Assembly: GCA_039545335.1 (NCBI GenBank)
Contig: BCIN01000005.1
Location: 558,001-622,000, forward strand
From: Kondoa subrosea
Taxonomy: Eukaryota
Length of the DNA: 64,000 nucleotides
Reading direction: 5' to 3'
Part shown: positions 13,351-25,883 of the stretch, piece by piece
Position numbering within the stretch: the stretch's first letter is position 1
How the letters are laid out: each line of letters begins with the position of its first letter
Program-made: the position numbers and the translations under genes
Notes under the pieces: model-generated
The model's database searches: none
Seen by the model: only the letters and a program-made list of their open reading frames with translations
Told to the model about the DNA's origin: nothing

Positions 13351-14587
13351 ATGTACAAGCAGTGCTTACATACCCTACGTACCACTGCAAGAGCTCCAAG
13401 ACAGCCAACAAGACAATTTACCTCGTTCTCTCAGAATCCAAAATTTCGCGCTTTCCGTAAATCGAGTGCTAGCATGTCACAACCTCAAAGAAACTTCTCT
13501 GGGCAGGCTACCAACTTCTTTCCTCAGATATCAGATTCTCTGCTGCCGATTATCATGGCAATTGTTTTGTATGGGAAGCGCGATTCTGAATCAACAGACG
13601 TGACAGATGAAGTACCTTTTCAAGTCCTCGAAGTAGCTCATAAAGGTGGATATGGAGCCTTTGCAACAAGGGATATTGCTAGAGGAGAAGTGTTGATCAC
13701 GGAACAACCGCTAGCTATTTGGTCTTCCGACTTGGATGCCGCGAAAGCAGAAGAACACTTCAATGCAATGACTGTATCAGCTCAGAAACTATACAAGAGT
13801 CTAGCGAATGCTCAACCGGCTGATTCAAAGCTTTCTTCTATTCTTGCTATCAGAGCTACGAACGGCTTCACAGTGTGTCTATCTGTCGCTCTCGGTGGAT
13901 TTGTATTGAGCTACTGTTGAGGTTCAATTACCGCCTATACCATCTGGAACAGCTTCCACATTACAGCAAGCTGATTATATTGAGAATCGTAACCCTTCAC
14001 ACGCAAGCTTCATCTTCCCTCGAATAGCGAGAATCAATCATGACTGTCTACCAAATGCCGAGTACGCTCTTTAGACTCTCTTCCATCCAAATTGATAGCT
14101 GATGTCCTCCAAGTCACGCAATCGATTGGTCTACTCTACAAATGACTGTTTATGCAACTACAGATATACCTTCTGGCAGCGAAATAGCTATCGAATACCA
14201 AAGTGGGATGATACAAAAGACCAGAGCTGAACGAAGACAACTCCTACAAGACGCTTTCGCTTTTACTTGTAATTGTTCATTGTGCGGAAGAGGGGAAAAA
14301 GAAGTTGCGGAATCGGATTCTAGGAGGCAAGAGATTAGCAGACTGGTCAAGCAAGTAGGTGAAGCTGGAGCCAAAGGTATTGAAGGAAGGAAAGAGGTCG
14401 TCGCAGGTTTGTCTGGAATCAAAGAGTTGCTAAAGCAGGAAGGCTACAAAGCTAGTCAGTGCGAGTACTACCAGCTAGACAAGTTCTTGCTGAGAGTGGC
14501 TTTTTGACAGTGCCCGAATTCGACAATGAAGCCGTCTCATCAGCTTTTGCAGTCTATAGTACATTGAAACAACCCCTACAAGCTTAA
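13351..14587 (+). CDS. SET-domain lysine methyltransferase (SMYD/Set5-like)
   Basis: GYGAFATRDIARGEVLITEQP, ARINHDCLPNA, EIAIEY and a post-SET FTCNCSLC. Confidence 0.88.
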
Positions 14588-15772
14588 TCATCTACTTTCA
14601 AGTACGCACTAGCATAGGAGACGCTGCTATCCGAAGCCTTCACGCAAGGACTGCTTTGCTCATACCGAACAAACTTGAGCTCGCTCTTGTCCTTTTTCCA
14701 AACTCCTTCTTCCTGCAAATGACCCGCTGCAGCAAGTAGAACACCGATCGGATGTCGACCACAAACAGTATTGCGAGTTTCCTGCAGATAGGAAGAAAAT
14801 TCTTCATGCGCTGTTGTGGCATCTTTGGACGCGGAAGAGAAGGAGATGGAATCGATCCCAGCTTGATCTAAGTCTCGAATAGATTTATGAATTGGTTGAC
14901 CATCGATCTTGGATGAAGAACGTCGGAGTTGAGTAGCTTCAGCATCTGGGGAAGACTTGTAATAAGTGTAGGAAAATCGAGAACCCCTGTTGCGCGCCCC
15001 ATTTTAGCATGATGCCGGCAAATGATGAAGGGATATTACCAATGACAGAAATCAGAAGAGACTACAAAGAGTGTTCGCGGAGAAGCCAGATAAGGCACGA
15101 GGAGTTCACCATAAGTTTTCTCCTTCGACGTCGAGATGGAGCCAACGAGTACCGGAACGATTTGGATGTCTCGTCTAAGAGAGCTGTAAGCGGAATGTAG
15201 AGCACAGCAAAGATATGTCTGACCCTTCAAACGCCTTGCGAACGTAAGGTAAATGCATTTCGATCGAATGCTCATCTTCGTCCACACTCTGAGACATGTC
15301 GGTGAATTTGCCTGATTGCTTTAGCTCTCCAATAGTGTTGAGATCCAGCGGAAGACTGCCTATCGGTGTTGCATATTCTTTGCATTTAGACAGAGCACAT
15401 CCATCGAGGTAAGAGTGATGCGAAGGTCCGAGAATAAAGACTCGGTCACTGTTGTGACTTGAGCTCAGGGAGAAGAAAGCAACGGAGATTCCTCACAAGT
15501 GTTCTGGATTAATAGCCTTGTAAGCCCAAGCAGCTGGCGGACCAGAATAGGAGTATCCAGCATGACTGAAAAAAGGAGCAAGAATGAGATAAGAGAGAGA
15601 AGAAGAATGGAATAGAAAGAGCGGACGGTGCTATGATAGCTTTTAAGCCGCTGAGAGGATAGCCTAGTGACGAAGCGTCTACTTTCGATAACCAGGTCGT
15701 CAATTGGTGCCCCAATTCAGCTCGATCAGCTGAGTACCAGCTTCCAGCGTGAGAGGCGTTGCGCAGACTCAT
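14584..15772 (-). CDS. MEMO1: MEMO1-family protein (Mho1)
   Basis: RNASHAGSWY, AIIAP-HAGY, ILGPSHH, DEHSIEMH, VVSSDFCHWG, NTVCGRHPIGV and DSSVSYAS. Confidence 0.92.
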
Positions 15773-16023
15773 TAATTGTGCAGCCTTCTTTCTGTCCACA
15801 GGTCCGACTTTGGCCTATACTTTGTTTCTCTCCGACTTAGGAACGGAATTCGAGAAATGATGCAGCAGTTCTAGGTCGCCCTCGAACAATAACCTTGAAG
15901 TGCTGCACCCTGGACATGTGCTTGACAATGATATAGCCTAGGCCTCATATACCCTGCTCAAGCGATCCCGTGAACTTGGCCTCTTTGTTGCTGACCTAAC
16001 TTGGAAAGAAAATTAAAGTTGGA

Positions 16024-19000
16024 ATGGCGCCTGTTCGGACAGGCAAAGCTGAAGAGGTAGCGGACAATGGGGAAGGTCCTATTGTGTGCAATATCTGTCA
16101 GCAGACCTTCAGCAAAAGGGATCATCTAGTCAGACACCAGCGAAGTCGTTAGTCCCCTCAAGTCGCTGCTTTGTTCAGGAAGTGCAGGCTGATCAGGGCT
16201 GCAGATACTGGAGAAAAGCCTTATAGCTGCGATTATTGCAAAAACGCTGGGATAGACAAATCGTATGCCAGAAGTGATGTCCTGCGAAGACACATTATTA
16301 CAAATCACAAGACTGAAGACCAGGACTTCCAGAAGATGGGTCCATTGCGCAAGAATAAGCCTTCCTCTCTTGCTACTCATAGACCGCAGCCTGTGAATCA
16401 GGCTCAAGCATCACCTGAAGGTTACTTGCCAAATGGAGAACCTTTGCGACAAGATCCTGGTGTCGAACTTCTGCAAAGCTTTCAACAACAGCAAGCCTCT
16501 CCTCTCACTATAAATCATATGCCTATGCCCGCTTCTCCACCGGAAACGACTTGGTATGCCAATCCTACGCACGAGCAGGTTTTGCCACAAATGCCGCCCA
16601 TGGTTGGCATGCAAGCAAACACTTCCTCTATTCCTTATCATACTATGCCTGCTCCTGTTTCTCAAAGCGTAACTGGCTTTCCTCCGCAGATGCAAATCAA
16701 CACTTTCCACGACCCACATCGTGCGAGTTCTATGCACTCCTCTATCAATTCCGCGGCTTCGAATTCGAGCTATCCATCTACTTCTACCTCAGCGACATAT
16801 CCGGGCGATCCAAATATGAACGGCGGTTATTCTTCCCTCGATTCAGCTCGTTCTAGCCGAACTTCCATCGCTTCGCTTCCAGAAATGCCAGCTCTTGGTC
16901 ACTCGAATGCAATGTGGGAATCAGGCACCAGCATTGATCTAAGCCTACAAGAAATGCTAAACCAACCTCAACTTCCATCTTCCGTTGCGGGCAGTATTAC
17001 AGATCCAACAGAAGACGATCAATTCTGGTCCTCATCTCTCTTTGATTTCTCTGGTCTTTTCCCTACCGAATCTTGGAATGCGAACCCGGAATTCATGCGC
17101 AATACTAGCCCTTCAGCTCAAGATGCTACACCTGCTGAAAAACTTTCTGAAATTTGGCCAACTAGACCCAGTAGAAGAAAATTAGGATGCTGTACGCCTG
17201 GGTATATCAATTGCGAGATGCCTCCGGATGTGATAGTAGGCACGAGCAGGAAGATGTGAGTTATTGATTGCGTATTAATGTCAGTCTAAGAGACTGACTA
17301 TTTCACAGCGATATCACAGTAGCAAATCGGATGTACCGACATCTCGAAAGTGGTGCCGTCGTCTTCAAAAAACCTTTGCCTTCCGTAGCAGTACTCAACG
17401 ATCTGATCGAGAAGTATTTCCAATACGTGCGTACTTTCAGCACTGCTTAAGCTTTTTGCTTATACTGTCGTCATGGTAATGCACAGTGGCACCCTAACTG
17501 GCCTATGCTACACTACCCCACTTTTGATCCATCAAGAACTAGCGCGCTGGTATTGCTAAATATGGTCGCTCTTGGAGCATTATTCGTCAAGAACGGCGAA
17601 GGCGCTGAATTAGCGGATGCAATCATGGAGAAAATGCATGAAGCGTAGGTGTTGCTACTGCTGCCTTTCAGAATTTCGCTGATACAATCAGCGGCCATTC
17701 TACAGTCTTTCATTCTGCATGTCTGCTCAACTTTCACTCTTTTTCGATGAGTATGATCGAGATGTACTTGCGCTCTGTCAAGCATAGTGAGGCTTGGCAA
17801 AAATCGGTTCAATGACCTTATTGCTGACCCAAACTTCACAACAGCATGATGCGACAGCTCTTCTGGCTTACTGCTGGCGATCGTAATGTGAGCTAACAGA
17901 ACTTCTATGGCGTGTCTTTCAGCTTAGGATCATTCGTTGGATCACAGATGCTCGAATCAACCCAGCTCCTGCACACGACAGTCGCAAACGTCGCAAGACG
18001 AGCTGGCATGTTCAGTGCCGATTCCTGCGAACTTCCGGAAGGCATGACTTCCCTCGAAAGAGAATGGCGACAATGGGTTGGGTGCGAGATCAGAAGAAGG
18101 TAAAATGTCGTCTCGCCAGGTGACACAAGTCGCTGATGCTCGATCCAGGACTGCTCTATGCTTCTGCATCAACGACTTGACTTTCGCTACCTTCTTTATG
18201 ACTCCTGTAAGTCTGGCAGTTGCGTGCGGGATGCGCCGAAGCTGATATGCCCACAATACTAGCCTTATGCAACAGGTATACTTTATGATCCGCTTTCAAT
18301 ACCACGGTGGTCTGATATTTGATGGCAGTTGGCTCCGTGTCCTGGTCATTGCCAGAGAACGATTCGCTGTTCAGTGCCAAAACAGCTGAAGAGTGGCATC
18401 AAAAGCGCTTAACCGGAAGGCCACGAAGTGCCCCCTTGCACGACCTGGCGGCCTCTCTCTTCACATCTCAGCCGGAGTAAGAGGATTATAGAAAGCGAGG
18501 GATAGTATTGAGTTTCTTTCCAGTGTCGTCTTCCGCAACCACAGCCAAAGCAGTTTTAGCACCCATATCTTGGTCTCATCAATCTTTTCTATTGTTCTCG
18601 CGACTCGCGTCAATCGGCCCGACCTGGACAAAGAGCTCTCTAAAGATTGCAAATCGCAAGCACCTTTGGCAAACTCTCTGGCTGCCGCTTTGCGAGCTTT
18701 ATCGGCCGGGAAACCTGATCCATTCGGCTCCAGAGTGACTTGGGATTTGTCTTGGCTACACTTATTGGCTGATATAAAGTTAGTGGAGAAAGGAGTTTTG
18801 ATCAGTCTGTTCTGATTGCTAATTCTTGTACTCCCCACAGATTAATGGAAGTTGTCTCTGGCCGAGAAGGAGGTGAAGCTGCGGAACAAGCTGCCGGATT
18901 GGCAGGCGCCTGGGCATCAACATCTAGAGCTAGAAGAGCAGTCTTGCATGCTGTTTCGATACTTGAAACGGCCAAGTCTATGGGTCTAGGAGGTCGTGAA

Positions 19001-19499
19001 GTGCCGCCTTTAGTGAGCTGCCTTGCCAGCACGGAATTGACATTTGCTGAGCGTGCTGAAAAGGTCTACATTGCCTTGTTCCAATCCTGGATGGTCACTC
19101 GCATCTTCACCAGATGTTCGCCTTCAGCTTATGGTACTATACCTCGAGGCGTTGATTGGCCGTCGCTTGGTGCTTGTGGCCTGGGTGCTCTATCTGCTGG
19201 TACAGATGACTCAGATGTAGTGCAATGGATCCGCTCGGGTGAAGAGATTCACAGCAACAGCAGACTAGATGAAGTAAGCAAATCTGTGATATCACTTGCA
19301 CCTTGTTGCTGAATCTCCTGCTTGATAGATCGTGCCGGAATATCAGTCGACTCTTTGCAGCCTCGGTCACACAAAGCTGCGGATTATGTTGAGCGACCTT
19401 ATGACGAACGTCGAGAATGCACAGCAACAATGTCCTGGTTTGGCAATGCTGTCTCAAGTGAAAGTGAAAACAGACAGTCCTGAAGAGGAAGGCAGATGA
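16024..19499 (+). CDS. C2H2 zinc-finger transcription factor with a fungal-specific TF middle domain
   Basis: [32 protein letters not shown]...ARSDVLRRHIITNH; later HPNWPMLHYPTF and WRQWVGCEIRRR segments. Confidence 0.88.
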
Positions 19500-19608
19500 T
19501 GGACCTTGCTTTATTTATTCGATGTGTGTTTTAATATGTTAATGCCTTTATGATTTAATAACTCGAGGGGTTGGTCATATGTATGCAATATAATCGTTCT
19601 GCAAATGT

Positions 19609-22113
19609 TTATAGCTTCAATCGAACTCCATTCTGTGTCGAGGAATCGACGGGTTTCGCATGCTTCTTGCTCTTCGCATCAGCCTTTTGCGGTTTGCCAT
19701 TCTTGCCAATCACGCTGACACCTTTCGTTCCGATCAGCTTTTGACGTGCCTTCTCCTTGACTGCGGCGGTCGAATTCGCACCAGAAAGCTTATCGACCTT
19801 CTGAGCATTCCGTCTTCGTGCACTACGACCTTTCTGACGCAGAGTCTTCTTCTGAGCAGGAGTCATATCTGACTTGTCTGCCAATGCTGCATTTGCATCT
19901 TGAGCATAAACTTCTTCGGGTGCGAGCAGAGTGGAGGTAGTTGATGTAGTGGGTAAAGCGTCTTCCATCGAAACAGCAGAGATATTTGAAGTGGCTTTGA
20001 TAGTAGTTTGCGGCTGTCAACATCAGGACATGTCAGCATAAAGAATGCAAAACAGGTCCGAATGACTGACCGCTTTGGGTGTGAAATGAGCATTACTCAG
20101 CGCGTCCAACTTCCCGCAAACGATATCAAACAACTCTTCAAGCTCTTTGTGCTCTTTTTCTAATTTAGCATCGCGCACATCAACGACTTCCCTTCCCTCC
20201 GCTTTTTGCCTTTGTTCCGAATATTCGTTCTCGTACAATTCAGCCAAACCAACCTCAGATTGCTTGCCAGATATGTCAAGCAAGCGCGAAGGCAGAAAAG
20301 CAGCCGGATCGAAAGGTAAACGTTTCTCAACATCATCAAAGCGTTCGTCAATAATTCGTTGCTTGATTTTGTCTTCGAGCGATAAGGTCCTTTCAGCAGT
20401 GATGATCGGTGCGCTTTTAGCCATGTGTTCGAATTCTAAATCTTCTTCCAGTAAGGAATTGAGCGGTCGATCTCGAGACCGAGCTTCGCCTCCTAAGGTC
20501 CAGTCTTTCTTGCCAATATTTTCTTGCTCCATCTCGGCAATTTGAGCAGACAGAGTTTTCATGCGCTTCTCGTGTCTTGAAAGTGCGCCTGTAAGCCGGT
20601 CCGAATCCTAAATGAGCACATGCAAAGAGGAGATCGGAGTGTTCTACCTTCTTCCTCATCGTCTTCTTCCTCTTCGAATAGATCATCCTTAAAGCGCTCG
20701 ATAGCCTCACCTTCCTCATCCACTTTTTCTTCGTCGTTCAACATCTCTTCCTCCTCTTCTTCATCATCTGATCCGTCTTGTTGCAGATCTTCCAACTCCA
20801 AGCCTTCCTCATCCAATTCCATTTCAAACTCATCTCCTTCTCCTCCTTCGTCTTCATCCGACGAATCAGGTTGGCCAGCTCTTCTTTTTCGAGGTGCAAT
20901 AGATTTCACACGCACATCATTATTGAACCGAACTGATCTTTTAGACATTGTACTCATATCCGGATCTTGATCATCTTGTTCCATTTGTTCAGCTTGATTA
21001 TCAATTTGGTCTTCCAGACTTGCACCAGCGGCGGCACCTTTCTTTTTCTTGTCTGATGTAGGTAGACGAGATGGTGGATCAAAGAAAGATGCGTAAGTAA
21101 CGTCTGTCAAACCGTCCGATACTGTATCAGAAACGACTGAAGACAGCAATGGACCGGAACTGACCTGCAACGTCTTCCAAATCTTCACCACCATCACCTA
21201 GTTCTAGTTCATCCATATCCATCATAGAATCGCCCGTCCCAGGTAAAGTAGAGAAGAGATCTACATCCTCTTCATCTTCATCAGATTCTGAATCGTTTTC
21301 ATTCGGAGTTGCTTTAGCTTTTTCTAAGAGTTTAGCCATTTTGAATTCCCCTCTATCTGATTGAGCGTGGAAATCATCGAGAGAAAAGAAATCGTCGTCT
21401 ACAGCTGATCTTTTGCCTCTTCGAACTGGACCATTTTGAGCTTGAATAGTAGAAGGATCGTCGAAATTGGATAATGATAATTGTTGGCGACGTGAAGATT
21501 TAGGTGGAGAAGGTGCTGTTAGTGTTTGTATGGATTCTTGTCCTACTTGACTATCTTCTTCATCATCTTCTTCGTCAATATCATCATCATCTGAGAAATC
21601 CAATTCATCCTCTTCCAACATATCTTCGTCATTCGAATCCACTTCGTCCAATCCTTCCTCCTCCCCACCAACGGCATCAAGTTGATCATCATCTTCAAGT
21701 TGATTCGCTGCATCATATTCTGAATTGCCCATAACATCTTTAACCAATCCAGCTAATTTCGAATACTTGAGATCCAACTGATGCCACAAACTTTCTTCAT
21801 CCACACCATCCTCAGTATAGAGTGATTCCAAAGCAGTAGGATCTAAATTAACGTTTTTACTCCTGTCTTGTTGCTTTTTCTTCCGAGCTGCTGATGAAGA
21901 ACGAGTTGTAGGTTCATGATCTTGTAATTCTTTCAACAAATTCTCATATAAAGGTAAAGTATCAGATTCTTCTTTCAAGCAAGTGTTGAATAGGTTGGAA
22001 ATGAGCTTTAAAGCTGGACTGGAAATTGGGTTAGAGCTGCTACTGGTGGACGGTTGAGCGAAGAGATGAGCTTCATCGTTAATCAGTGTAGCGAATTCTG
22101 TTAGGGTAGTCAT
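19609..22113 (-). CDS. MPP10: U3 snoRNP component Mpp10
   Basis: SAVDDDFFSLDDF, KKDWTLGGEARSRDRPLNSLLEEDLEFEH, KLDALSNAHFTPK and LAPEEVY; acidic tracts. Confidence 0.93.
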
Positions 22114-22308
22114 TGGCTTAGCCAGGGGGTATCGACGTAACGGAACAAGAAGAAATATCATGAACAGGCTTGGAGAGAAGCAGTCACTTTAGTCATCCAG
22201 GATTGCTGTGCCGTGTGCAAGAAGTGTATGCCTAGATTGAGTACAGTCGCAACAGCTTTCCGTTTCTTCACTATTGCTGCACAAATCCCTTTTACTCATA
22301 AACCAACA

Positions 22309-23312
22309 ATGTCAACCTTGACTCCTTCTCTCTTATCTTCTTTAAGGCAAACATGGCTAGATGGTCTCTCTCCTTCTTTCCTTTCTTCGCTTTTCTCCTC
22401 GGACTGATTGCGAAATGGACAGGTTGTCCAACCGAACCTGGTGTTGAACCTTCAAGCGAAGCAATCTTCAAACGCTGGTTTATGCCTGATCCTGATTTCG
22501 ATGCTGAATTACGTAAGAAATACTCAAAGGCAGTAGAAGAAGCTTCTACTAAATCAAGTACTGAATTGATTGGAATGGTTAATACACCAGAACAAGGTTT
22601 GGAAATATTGTTGTTGTTGGATCAAGTACCTAGGAATATTTACAGAGGGAACGAAGCTAAAAAGGTGTGTGCTGTGTTCCCTAAATGGGTGTTAGCAGGG
22701 ATGCTGAGGGAAATTGGTTCATACAAGGCATTTGAGAAGACTGATCCGTTAGCTGAAGAATTGGCTTTGAAATTCACTTCACCTCCTTTGGATTATCATC
22801 TCATTCCAAAATGTGCACACTCTTCCCCCTTTTCTCCTTCATCGTGCTGAAATAGCTGTGCAGGGAAAGATCTACCTTTTTTCCAATTATGGTTCATCCT
22901 CCCATGTCGGTCCTTCTTTTACCCTATTACTTTCTATTCAGGACTGATCAGTATGATCATAGTAATGCATTCCGAGAAACTATCATCACATGAGAAAATG
23001 AAAGACATTTTCACTTCTTTGGGCAAATGTGAACATGAAGTAAATGAGAAGCAAAGAGAAACCAACCGAGAGTTCGGTAAGAAGCATAGTAAGCTTCTCT
23101 TTCACCCTCTTTTCCTTCCAGAGCTAACGGAAGCATAATTGTAATAGCTGCCGTGGTCAGTTTTGCAGACTACACCTTTTTGCGCTTTCGACTGATTCAG
23201 GATGTCTTATCAGATTGAGAAGTTCGGGAGATATCCCTCTAGGAATGAAGCGCTTGGTAGAAAAAGTACAGAAGAAGAACTCAAGTTCCTCGAATCTGGT
23301 CCAGGATGGTGA
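22309..23312 (+). CDS. DUF924-family protein, tandem copy 1
   Basis: RWF...FDAELR, LLLLDQVPRNIYRG, MHSE and IEKFGRYPSRNEALGRKSTEEELKFL. Confidence 0.85.
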
Positions 23313-23661
23313 AAGAAGCAATCCCAATTGGCCTGTCTTGTCTGGCACATTAGCCGATGAAATAACTTGTATGAACAAGGCGTGGTAGCATTGTATTATA
23401 ACAACAATTGTTCAATAATATGAAATCTAAGGTTTTCCGCATATATCCAATACAACTGTTGGTTTCCTCGCGTGTGGGCCTCGTGACGAGCACGGAACAA
23501 AGGTCGTAGTAGGGCACGACAGAAGATTGCAGACATTGCTTCTTGACGACGCTTCACGAATGTTTTCCACGTGATGAAGTTACTACGCTAAACGCTTGAG
23601 CTATGGCTTATTTGTTTCCATGCTTCTCTCTCGCTCTCTCTCCTTCATACATCGAACTACT

Positions 23662-24592
23662 ATGTCTACTCCTGCTTTGACTCCTGCTTTGCTCACCGAA
23701 CTACGAACAGAATGGATGACTGGTATGCATTCTGTCTACTCCCGTAGCTGTCTAAGTTACTCACACACCATGGCAGGTTGTCCAACTGTACCTGGAGAAC
23801 CTCTAGATCAAGCAGTCATTATGCGCTGGTTCAAAGGAGATTCTATCTTGGATGAACACTTGAGAAGTAAATATGGTTTGGCAGTGGAAGAAGCCTCTCA
23901 ACGTTCTCCTGAAGAATTGATGGAGTTTGTCAAGAATTCAGACGATGCTTTGGCTATGATGTTGTTGGTGGATCAATTACCACGTAATATTTATAGAGGG
24001 AAAGAAGCTAAGAAGGTACAATTTGCTACTTATGGCTTCAAGAGAGTACAGACTGATATGGATTTTTCAGGCTTATACTATTACGGACCCAATTGGCCGA
24101 GAACTAGCTAAGAGGTTCACTTCCCCTCCATTAGAATATCATCGAGACCCGCGATGGACCGAGATGCCCATTTACCTCTATTGGTTCACTTTACCGAGTA
24201 CGCTCTTTTCAAGAGGGGATACATGAGAGCTGAATTTTGTGATCAAGTGATTCATGCTGAAGATTTGGCTGTACATGATTACATGTATAATGTGATCGCT
24301 AAAATGGGTCCTTATACACATGATGTGCATAAGCAGCAAGAAGAGATGGCTCGCACCTCCAATCTCAAACATAGTAAGCTGTTCATCTAGTAAACCTGTC
24401 ACATCTGCTAACATGTTATATAGCGGAAGTTGTGAGTACGAGCCATCTGACAGGCCAGCAAAGAGCTGACGCGATGGTCGTCCTTCCTTTCAGCTGAAAA
24501 GATTCGGACGATACCCGTCGCGAAACGAGGCTTTGGGACGAGAAAGTACAGCGGAAGAAGTTGAATTCCTTCGCGATGGTCCTGGATGGTGA
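23662..24592 (+). CDS. DUF924-family protein, tandem copy 2
   Basis: MLLVDQLPRNIYRG, IHAED and LKRFGRYPSRNEALGRESTAEEVEFL; paralogous to copy 1. Confidence 0.85.
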
Positions 24593-24958
24593 TACGCTAT
24601 GCAGTTGAGATACCTGTAAGCTCAGCACTGCTCAATTTTTGTCTCCTTCTGATGCCGGGCCCGGAGTTCAGTATTGGCTGAGCTTAAGGCAAACACCGGC
24701 CTTGTGCTTATCACACATTGGCGTGATCCCCACCTATTCCACTACGCACGATATGTGCTTCCTTCTGCTTGCTTGTATCCGGTCTATTTTGGGTCTTGCA
24801 CGGTCCCCAGCTTTAGTCTACTTTCCACGAGCGGAAGTGACCTCATTCGCGTTGTCACTTATGACTTAGTAGTGAACCTTGTCACTAGACTGCACGTTCC
24901 GCTAGTCTGTCGTCTATCCACCGTCTTTTCTTCTCTTTCTCTTTCACACAAACATAAG

Positions 24959-25655
24959 ATGATCGCGAAACTTGTTACATCTCTTCTGCTCGCTAGCTTC
25001 GTTGTCGGGGCACCTCTTGTCAAGAGGGATGATCCATCCTTCCAGATCAACTTGTACTCTGACACAACTTGCTATGAGTATATTGGAGAATTTGTGAGAC
25101 TATAACACATTCAATGTTGTACTGCCTACTGATATGGCTATAAAGGACGGTAACGCCAACACCTTTTTTTCAGAACGATGTAGGTATGCTCCCTTTGCAT
25201 CTATGCTTCAGTCTGACTGCTTATAGATGACAATGCAAATGGCAACGGCGGATATGTATGTTTCACAAAACTCTCGTCTGAAATTTGTTCTGATCTCTTT
25301 ATAAGATCGGATCTATGATGGTAGTCAAGAAGAGCGATGATGGCGGCGATCAATTCGACAGCGTCAATATCGATGGAGAAGCGTAAGTTGTGCTTCCAAT
25401 ATCATTCGAATGCGCCAGCTGAAACAATTTTAGATGGGCTACCGTTTCTTCTTGTCCTCGTACATATAGCTGGAACCCTGATCCAAACCATGGTGGTCCA
25501 AGTCCCTACAGTTGTATGCCTGTTGACAAATTGTTCGTCCTTCCGTTCCAAGTTCTTGTCATGATCATAACTTTATATTTCGAGTTAGCGTCAATACCAT
25601 CGAAGTATACGTTGAACCTTGCGATTCGGGAGGTGTTGGAAACTACGGGCAATAG
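24959..25655 (+). CDS. Small secreted protein (~140 aa, 6 exons, 4 Cys)
   Basis: Signal peptide MIAKLVTSLLLASFVVGA, Kex2-like LVKR site, in-frame splicing through short exons to TAG at 25653-25655. Confidence 0.7.
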
Positions 25656-25883
25656 CTGCTGTAACTTGCCTCGGAAAATGTCCGATCAATGAATTTGATG
25701 TACCATTTCTTGCACCCGAGCAATCACCTCAAAGTGTTCATATTATACGTCGAAGCTTGAACAGACTCGTACTACCGTACCTATCCCTTAGTAGAAGTCT
25801 CTTCATGGATTCTGGCGAATTGCGAGCCTCGACAATACTGGATTCATTCTATTCCATTAGCTTGACAGCTAATTTTCAGCAAT

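Noticed and set aside
20620..20970. Ser-rich antisense ORFs over MPP10 and similar shadow ORFs elsewhere (e.g. 39011-39631)
   Set aside because: Mirror images of acidic GAA/GAT or poly-Q codon runs on the coding strand
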